From assembly GCA_039920285.1 (NCBI GenBank), contig JBDSDX010000001.1, positions 420,001 through 452,000 of the forward strand: a stretch of 32,000 bases of DNA, given 5' to 3'. The first letter of the stretch is position 1; every line of letters begins with the position of its first letter. Shown here piece after piece: positions 26,191-32,000 of this stretch. This DNA comes from Candidatus Saccharimonadota bacterium. Its GTDB lineage: Bacteria; Patescibacteriota; Saccharimonadia; Saccharimonadales; Saccharimonadaceae. The translations under genes and the position numbers were made by a program. Below the pieces are notes generated by a model. It had not been told where the DNA came from and made no database searches. It was given only the letters and a program-made list of their open reading frames with translations.

Positions 26191-27402
26191 TTATTCTCCG
26201 TCCTCTCCATAATATATACCTCTATGGAGATGTTTTGCAGCAAGGTGGTGCTGAGATCCATTAGTACCCGTAGAATGTGTCGGTCGGCGGGTTACTTGAA
26301 TACCACCAGCTATTAAGCCTTCGGCTTTTTGGCGATTATCAGTCTGAAGCATAATTGATTTAATACCAATCATACTCAAGATGCGACCAGCACCCTCGTA
26401 GGTTCGAATGTCAAAGTCAGGCCCAAGTATTTGCTTCGCAGCAGTGATCGTATCAAGAGGAACGAGATTATCAGAGTTAGTCGCGACATTAATGCCCCGT
26501 TTCAAACCTTCGGTTTCCATTTTTGTTGCAGCACCGAAGCCGCGTCCGTCTTGAGATGGTATGTGAATTACTGCGCCATTGCCAATCTCTTGAATGTCGT
26601 TCAATGCATGGTGGAGCTGTTCACGACAATCGCATCCACGATCATCATATATTTGCCCAATATCACAACCCGAGTCGATACGCACCAATAAATCTTTCGT
26701 TGGCATTTCTTCAAGAGGTCGTGGTGTGAATAATTCGTAGTACTTCCATGGGTCATTCTCGAGGACTAATCCATATGAATGAAGATCTCCACCTTCGAAT
26801 GGATATTTGCGGGCGTGAATCGTCTCGAGAACACTTGTTTCGGGTAGGTTATCGTCTTGTTCAGACGGTTTACTTAATGAAAGACGAATTTCAGGTTCGT
26901 GGAGACCAGTTATCTTGATGAGTTTTTCGAGGTGCTTCTGGCGTTTTTTCTCACTATCGGTTGGAGTGAGGCTGCGTGGGTAATAAGCCATACCAGTGTT
27001 GCAGTGACGAATCAAAACGTGTTTTCGATCAGTATCAAACTGGTTCATTAGTTGTGCATAGCCAGGATGTGAAGCAGCAGTCAGTTTGTAGCTGGCTTCA
27101 TCAATTTCGAGTAACGAAACAGGAAAGTTAGCGGCTATTAACGCTTCTTCAGGAGTGGTGTTTACGTAGAGAAGTTGAAAGTAAGAGAAAGTTTCGCCAT
27201 CATCAACTTCAACAGGACTCATCCATACGTTTCGATCACCTTGTAAATCGAGAGGACCACCATAGAAATGAGTAACCGATTTATCTTGGAATAGTATCAA
27301 CCGACTTAAAGATTCACGATATTCATCGCTTATAGGTGGAAAGCCGTTTGGCGTGTGTTGATCGAATTCAACGATACCAGGCAGTTTTACCTCTATATTC
27401 AT
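26191..27402 (-). CDS. GTP cyclohydrolase II-fold domain (C-terminal ~210 aa) fused to an unrecognised ~190-aa N-terminal domain
   Basis: VRIDSGCDIGQIYDDRGCDCREQL...IHIPSQDGRGFG parallels RibA RVHSECLTGD...LRCDCGxQL...EGRGIG, with all three Zn cysteines kept. The N-terminal half has no RibB motifs. Confidence 0.75.
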   Translation of the reverse strand: MNIEVKLPGIVEFDQHTPNGFPPISDEYRESLSRLILFQDKSVTHFYGGPLDLQGDRNVWMSPVEVDDGETFSYFQLLYVNTTPEEALIAANFPVSLLEIDEASYKLTAASHPGYAQLMNQFDTDRKHVLIRHCNTGMAYYPRSLTPTDSEKKRQKHLEKLIKITGLHEPEIRLSLSKPSEQDDNLPETSVLETIHARKYPFEGGDLHSYGLVLENDPWKYYELFTPRPLEEMPTKDLLVRIDSGCDIGQIYDDRGCDCREQLHHALNDIQEIGNGAVIHIPSQDGRGFGAATKMETEGLKRGINVATNSDNLVPLDTITAAKQILGPDFDIRTYEGAGRILSMIGIKSIMLQTDNRQKAEGLIAGGIQVTRRPTHSTGTNGSQHHLAAKHLHRGIYYGEDGE

Positions 27403-27408
27403 GTACAG

Positions 27409-27437
27409 ATTATAGCATATTTTTGCTTGATATGCAA
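27409..27437 (-). promoter_or_regulatory. TTGCAT-17 nt-TATAAT promoter ending 6 nt before ATG 27402 (leaderless)
   Basis: The minus strand reads TTGCATatcaagcaaaaatatgcTATAATctgtacATG, counted directly. Confidence 0.55.
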
Positions 27438-27444
27438 TAACTTA

Positions 27445-28074
27445 TTATTGAATATCTTGTCTTAGACTTTCGATAGCAAGTTGATCCTTGACATGCAAGT
27501 GGCAAGAGTCGAGGAAGTGATAGTAATGTCCTACTGGAAGGCCAACACGTTCAGCGATGTAGTGCTGTAATGAAATGAATTCTAACATGTTCATTAATAG
27601 TTTTTTGTAAGCGTCTGAAGAATTGGTATGAATATGTAGTTCAAGTGTACCGTGTTTGATTCTTGCCCAGATAATCTGTGTGCACGGTGAGACTTTTTGT
27701 CCTTGATCGATAGACTTGTCCCACATAGAAATCTGAGCTTCACCGACAGGATTATTTTGGTCGAGACTTTTAATGAGAAATTCGATCTGCGAGTTCGGTT
27801 CGTCAAATGAACGGTGATAGTAAAGTTTAGTCCAATCATGGACGACATTTTCTTCATTTTCGCCAGTATAGATATATCGATTAATAACATCGAGATCACT
27901 TTGGGACATTGGGAAACGTACATCTGCGGGTAGGACCAGGGGCTCAGCAATCTCAATGAGTGTTACTTCGTCGCGTAAGTATTTATCGTTACCTGTTTCT
28001 GAGCCTTGATCAAGTAAAGCAGTGAACGTTTCGAGCCAAGCTTCATTGGCGCTTATGGTAGAGATATGGATCAT
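27445..28074 (-). CDS. Short thymidylate synthase (ThyA)-fold protein, divergent
   Basis: 209 aa. ISMWDKS...KVSPCTQIIWARIKHGTLELHIHTNSSDAYKKLLMNMLEF...GHYYHFLDSCHLH is collinear with ThyA SAWNV...[34 protein letters not shown]...GDTHLY. The catalytic Cys is kept. Confidence 0.65.
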   Translation of the reverse strand: MIHISTISANEAWLETFTALLDQGSETGNDKYLRDEVTLIEIAEPLVLPADVRFPMSQSDLDVINRYIYTGENEENVVHDWTKLYYHRSFDEPNSQIEFLIKSLDQNNPVGEAQISMWDKSIDQGQKVSPCTQIIWARIKHGTLELHIHTNSSDAYKKLLMNMLEFISLQHYIAERVGLPVGHYYHFLDSCHLHVKDQLAIESLRQDIQ

Positions 28075-28091
28075 ACCTCTATTTTATCATG

Positions 28092-29249
28092 TTAAAAATT
28101 ATGCGGTATCGCGCAGGGATTAATACCTTTTCGTTGCAAGATTCGTAAAACTGATTGTGAAAACTCTTTTGAGTCTAATTCGCCAGATTGTAATGCAGTC
28201 GTTGCACGGGTAATGATCGTCTGAAAATCACTCGCAAGCTCAGGGGTTTGATCGTGTGTTTGAACGATCAGTGCAACATCGATGCCAGCTTGCCATGACT
28301 TTATAACGGCATCTTCAAGTGTTCCTGGGACTGCTTGTGCGGTGAGTGAATCACTATAGATAACTGAACCTTGATACCCATAACTTCGAAGGAGTGACAC
28401 AGCAGTCGGAGACCAAATGGCGGGCTGCCCATCTGTTAAACCTGGGGTGATAGCATTGCTTACCATGACGTCAGGTTTGTAGGTGGCAAGTTGCTGGTAG
28501 GGAAGTAAGTCTCGTGTCAAAAGCACGGAGAAAGAATCGGTGGTTGCGGTCATAAAATCAGTATTCCCAGTCGCACTTCCGAGACCGGGAAAATGCTTTA
28601 CGACTGGTGAGATACCTGAAGTCTGCGCAGCTTTAATTGCTTGCGATGCATAATTCGCCACGACTGACGGGTCGGATGAATACATTCGCCCTGGCAATGG
28701 ATTTGGTTCGACGCTTGCGACATCAACAACAGGAGCGAAATTGGTAGTGATACCAATACTTTTCAAATACTGCGCGTCACTAAGGTATAGATTGTACGCC
28801 CGTGCTAGTGTGCTGTAACTCGCTATATCACTGGCGCCAAGAAAACTTCCTTCAGCTGTGTACCGTTGGACGGTTCCACCCTCTTGGTCCGTCGCGACCG
28901 TCGGCGCAAACAGAAAACCGTTTTTAAAATCTTGTAATGACGCCGTCGATATTTCGTTCATAATAATGACACCGCCGATGTTTGACTGAATAAACACTGC
29001 TTTCTCTTCGGATAGTCGGTCCTCGTACCCTGCGGCCATTATCTTTTGACCAATTTTTATACTGTTAGGAAAAGCATCGACACAGGCAAGTTGATCTTCG
29101 GCTGGCTTTTCTGGGATAGTTGGTGATTGACTTGACTGGGTATCTTTGTTTAAAAAAAGAGTAATGCGTCCGCTCATGAGCAACCACGCGATAACTATTG
29201 CTAAGGAAAGGATGACTGCGCCAATAATAATGAGACGTTGTCTGTGCAT
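28092..29249 (-). CDS. Glycoside hydrolase family 3 N-terminal-domain protein (NagZ-like beta-N-acetylhexosaminidase), membrane-anchored
   Basis: N-terminal TM helix; DQEGGTVQR, NFAPVVDV, KHFPGLG and MVSNAITPGLTDGQPA are GH3 blocks. A -10-like TATACT lies 7 nt before the ATG. Confidence 0.8.
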   Translation of the reverse strand: MHRQRLIIIGAVILSLAIVIAWLLMSGRITLFLNKDTQSSQSPTIPEKPAEDQLACVDAFPNSIKIGQKIMAAGYEDRLSEEKAVFIQSNIGGVIIMNEISTASLQDFKNGFLFAPTVATDQEGGTVQRYTAEGSFLGASDIASYSTLARAYNLYLSDAQYLKSIGITTNFAPVVDVASVEPNPLPGRMYSSDPSVVANYASQAIKAAQTSGISPVVKHFPGLGSATGNTDFMTATTDSFSVLLTRDLLPYQQLATYKPDVMVSNAITPGLTDGQPAIWSPTAVSLLRSYGYQGSVIYSDSLTAQAVPGTLEDAVIKSWQAGIDVALIVQTHDQTPELASDFQTIITRATTALQSGELDSKEFSQSVLRILQRKGINPCAIPHNF

Positions 29250-29384
29250 AGATATTAGTATATGTCACATACTATGTTTACCGAGATTATCTTAATCAAA
29301 AACATAAGCCTATACTAAAGAGGTAGTAACTTATTTGAACAAACAAAGTACTATCACAGGTATCCGTAGAAAGGATTTTTTATT

Positions 29385-29876
29385 ATGACAAATACAATAA
29401 AAACTGTTTCTTCACCCGAGAGTATCGAAATGATTATGTCATTTCTCGAACACCATACTGAAGGAGTGCTCACCACCATTGACGAAAAGGGTCTCCCGCA
29501 CGCATCGGTCATCAACGTCCATGTAAAAAGTGATTATGATTGCTACTTTATTGTTAAAACAAATGGTTTTAAATATCATAATTTAAGGATAAATGATTGT
29601 GTCGTTTTTGTATGTTTTGACCCGTATAGTCGCGATGAGGTTCAAATAGAAGGTCGTGCACACGAGGTTACTGACCGACAGATTATTGATGAAGAAAAAA
29701 AGAGAGTCGAAGCTAATATCACTGCGGATAATAAGCACACACCACCTTATGCTAGTATCCTTACTGATGATTTTGCTGTCTTCAATATTAAACCAACGTT
29801 AATGCACACGGTTACGTATATACGAAAAGACAATAAAGTAACGTCATTTCATGAAAAAATTGAATTTGAAGACTAA
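29385..29876 (+). CDS. Pyridoxamine 5'-phosphate oxidase-like FMN-binding split-barrel protein
   Basis: The pattern GVLTTIDEKGLPHASVINVHV...YFIVKTNGFKYHNLRINDCVVFVCFD...VQIEGRAHEV is typical of the PNPOx-like family. AAAGGA SD. Confidence 0.65.
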   Translation: MTNTIKTVSSPESIEMIMSFLEHHTEGVLTTIDEKGLPHASVINVHVKSDYDCYFIVKTNGFKYHNLRINDCVVFVCFDPYSRDEVQIEGRAHEVTDRQIIDEEKKRVEANITADNKHTPPYASILTDDFAVFNIKPTLMHTVTYIRKDNKVTSFHEKIEFED

Positions 29877-29940
29877 CCAATCATTCCAGCACATCATTTA
29901 TCAAGATGTTTATGCTTACAATGACGAATCGATCATTATT

Positions 29941-29949
29941 TGATAATAT
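29941..29949 (+). promoter_or_regulatory. Extended -10 (TGaTAATAT) 6 nt before ATG 29956 (leaderless)
   Basis: Read directly. No SD. Confidence 0.45.
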
Positions 29950-29955
29950 AGATAC

Positions 29956-30285
29956 ATGGCAAGTAGCAGTAAAATAAACAGAATCATAAAAACGAACAAA
30001 AGAATCCGCCGAAATGCATTCGGGATACGACTGGTTACGTTTTTGGTCGTCGTCGTGCTCGTTACCGGCATCATGTTCTATCACTTCGTCGAGAAATTAT
30101 CTTGGCTTAATGCAACATACTTCTCTGTTATGACTATTACTACTGTTGGGTACGGTGATATTTCTCCAACGACTGATGGTGGAAAGATTTTCACTATGGG
30201 GTACGTGTTAGTGGGGCTTATTCTCATCGCAGTGCTCGCTAACCTGCTCATAAAGAGTGCGGTCGCGCGACATATAATCAAGTAA
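29956..30285 (+). CDS. Minimal two-TM potassium channel (pore-only, 109 aa)
   Basis: TM1, pore helix, selectivity filter TTVGYGD (nt 30139-30159) and TM2. No RCK/TrkA or sensor domain. Confidence 0.85.
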   Translation: MASSSKINRIIKTNKRIRRNAFGIRLVTFLVVVVLVTGIMFYHFVEKLSWLNATYFSVMTITTVGYGDISPTTDGGKIFTMGYVLVGLILIAVLANLLIKSAVARHIIK

Positions 30286-30323
30286 GCCTCTTACCTCCAG
30301 CATTTTGAGAACAGAGATAATCG

Positions 30324-30332
30324 TGGTATAAA
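30324..30332 (+). promoter_or_regulatory. Extended -10 (TGgTATAAA) 6 nt before ATG 30339 (leaderless)
   Basis: Read directly. No SD. Confidence 0.4.
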
Positions 30333-30338
30333 TTGATT

Positions 30339-30851
30339 ATGCATACAATCCAAGAAACACATGAAATAAATACTAAACACCATAAATTGGTGATTCAGAG
30401 TTATCGTGCAAAATCAGACGCCAAGCGAACACTTTCTGACAAGTTCGCTGACAAATTAACGGCAAAGTTCGGAACTGTTTTTTTCCTAGCTCTTAACGCA
30501 CTGTGGTTTTTTGTGTGGATTCCTATCAATATGAATCTTATTCCTGGAATTAAGCCGTTCGATCCTTTTCCGTTTGGTTTACTGACTATGATCGTGTCAC
30601 TCGAAGCGATTTTCCTGGCGATTATCGTCTTGATTTCGCAGAACCGTGCTGCAAAAGTTGCGGAGCTTCGTGAAGAAATTGATCTTCAGATTAATTCAAT
30701 TGCCGAGAGCGAAATTACGAAGATATTGGTATTGATGGGAATGTTACTTGATAAGAATGGTATCGAACTTGATGATCCTGACATTGCCGAGATGGTTCGT
30801 CCGATCAAGAGCAAAGATATCGAAAAAATTCTCGAATTACAACTTAAGTAA
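30339..30851 (+). CDS. DUF1003 family membrane protein
   Basis: FGTVFFLALNALWFFVWI...FDPFPFGLLTMIVSLEAIFLAIIVLISQNR is the DUF1003 signature. ATG 30339 is preferred to TTG 30333. Confidence 0.75.
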   Translation: MHTIQETHEINTKHHKLVIQSYRAKSDAKRTLSDKFADKLTAKFGTVFFLALNALWFFVWIPINMNLIPGIKPFDPFPFGLLTMIVSLEAIFLAIIVLISQNRAAKVAELREEIDLQINSIAESEITKILVLMGMLLDKNGIELDDPDIAEMVRPIKSKDIEKILELQLK

Positions 30852-30861
30852 AGAGGTGACA

Positions 30862-31359
30862 ATGACAAAATTCTATCTTCCTGTACTTGCAGGAACGACA
30901 CGTGAGCAACGTAAGAGCATTTTTGCTGCTCGCCTAGTAGCGGAGGTCGGTAATACTTTTGACGAAGTTGAGACTGAAGTGATCGACCCGAAAGATTTTA
31001 ATTTCCCCGGTGATGGTAATGACCCAGAAGGCAAAGACTCTCGTTATACGGCAATCACCGAACGTGCTGATGGCTTCTTTGTTGTTTCACCTGAATATAA
31101 CCATAGTTTCCCAGGATCGCTGAAGCGCATGCTTGATAGTGAGCTTGCAAACTATATACACAAACCAGTTGCTTTTGCCGGTGCTTCGTCGGGCCAGTGG
31201 GGTGGTGTTCGTGCAATTGAGGCTTTGGTGAGTAGTGTTCGTGAGATGGGCCTTGTTTCGACTTTTACTGATATGCAATTTCCAAAGGTACAAGAACTTT
31301 TTGACGATGATGGCGTTCTTCTAAACGAAGCCTATCGTGAATATGTCAAAGGTGCGTAG
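30862..31359 (+). CDS. NADPH-dependent FMN reductase family protein
   Basis: AGAGGTG SD 6 nt before ATG 30862; the ORF-track start at 30748 overlaps the DUF1003 gene and is rejected. ADGFFVVSPEYNHSFPGSLKRMLD is the FMN_red core motif. Confidence 0.8.
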   Translation: MTKFYLPVLAGTTREQRKSIFAARLVAEVGNTFDEVETEVIDPKDFNFPGDGNDPEGKDSRYTAITERADGFFVVSPEYNHSFPGSLKRMLDSELANYIHKPVAFAGASSGQWGGVRAIEALVSSVREMGLVSTFTDMQFPKVQELFDDDGVLLNEAYREYVKGA

Positions 31360-31446
31360 ATTGAACTTATTTGGATGACAAAGACACTCCAATACGGACG
31401 TGAAAACGTCGAGAGCAAACATCACAAAAAATAGGCAAGTAGAAAA

Positions 31447-32000
31447 CTAGTTGTCGACAACTAAACAGGTACTCTGGGAGCTTGCGTCGCCAGTGTAGTA
31501 CACATATGCCTTTTCTTCTTGGTAGTTCCAGAATTCAACTCTGTTACCACCTGTGCCACAGTCAAGTAAGGCAATGACATTTGGTGATGCCGGTTCGCTG
31601 GTAAGTGTTTGGGTGGCAAAGCTAATTCCTGTCGCGACACCGGTTGTTTCATCTTGAAGTTGAGTTGCGTTCTTTGGGTAGGCGCCTTTATTTGCATTGT
31701 ATGTCTCCACCCACTTCACGACAGCTTGGGCGTTGGCCTGTGCGCTCGTTGTGTTGGCTTTTGCAGTGATGCCATTATATGAGACGATCGTGATAGCGAA
31801 AAAGATGCCGATTCCTATAACAGTCATGACGCTACCGATAACTATTCCAGCCAACGCAAGGCCATTTGTAAAGCCAGCTCTTTTTGATTTCGAGAGAGCG
31901 ATGATTGATACGATCAGTCCTGCAAGAGAGGAGACGAAGGAGAGGATGAATCCTACAATACCTAGTGTTTTGCCGGGGTCTACTTTGGGTGCTGTTGCCA
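31447..32000 (-). CDS. DUF4190-like membrane anchor fused to a pilin-like globular domain (5' end beyond the window)
   Basis: The frame stays open upstream of the ORF-track TTG at 31854 to the window edge. It translates to ...PGKTLGIVGFILSFVSSLAGLIVSIIALSKSKRAGFTNGLALAGIVIG..., a paralog of 10286-10687. The C-terminal part (SYNGITAKANTTSAQANAQAVVKWVETYNANKGAYP...C...C) resembles a pilin head. Confidence 0.6.
   Translation of the reverse strand, partial: ATAPKVDPGKTLGIVGFILSFVSSLAGLIVSIIALSKSKRAGFTNGLALAGIVIGSVMTVIGIGIFFAITIVSYNGITAKANTTSAQANAQAVVKWVETYNANKGAYPKNATQLQDETTGVATGISFATQTLTSEPASPNVIALLDCGTGGNRVEFWNYQEEKAYVYYTGDASSQSTCLVVDN

Noticed and set aside
26190-26261. The ORF-track start at 26261 for the OMPDC-like gene, with a 70-nt overlap with the upstream gene.
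   Set aside because: ATG 26189 has a GGAG SD and sits 1 nt after the upstream stop. The extra 24 residues have no counterpart in PyrF.
30748-30861. The ORF-track start at 30748 for the FMN reductase gene, and the TTG starts at 10229 and 30333.
   Set aside because: Downstream ATGs have proper SDs or -10 boxes and avoid overlap with the preceding gene. The N-terminal extensions are not family-like.

Overview
By gene content and style, this looks like a streamlined, moderate-GC Patescibacteria/CPR-type chromosome segment, probably Saccharibacteria-like. That placement is an inference: small genes, many membrane-anchored orphans, type IV pilin-like proteins, DUF4190, LemA-HtpX. The core is housekeeping: metK (3' part), ABC-F ATPase, tRNA-Cys/Leu, LemA-DUF3137-HtpX, ligA, leuS, rpmF, nusB, a Nudix gene, rnc, rpsP, a KH protein, trmD and tRNA-Gln.

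The items most worth a second look are:
1. A tight minus-strand cluster (24667-29249) with a GH3 gene, a short ThyA-fold protein, a GTP-cyclohydrolase-II fusion, a type-2 OMP-decarboxylase-like protein and a Gmk/PhnN-like kinase. I cannot map this combination onto a known pathway.
2. A complete Nudix domain nested inside the CP1/editing region of LeuS.
3. A type IV prepilin leader fused to a 7-blade RCC1 propeller, preceded by a structured leader that ends in an intrinsic terminator.
4. Three GC-rich, high-GC3, opposite-strand orphan genes. Two of them split the rpsP-KH-(rimM missing)-trmD operon.
5. An 18-nt duplication of the tRNA-Gln 3' end (att-like scar) at the edge of the accessory block.
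6. A recurrent -10 hexamer placed 6-8 nt before the ATG, which implies leaderless mRNAs.

I saw no CRISPR array, transposase, integrase or rRNA. All family calls come from motif reading by eye; no searches were run.
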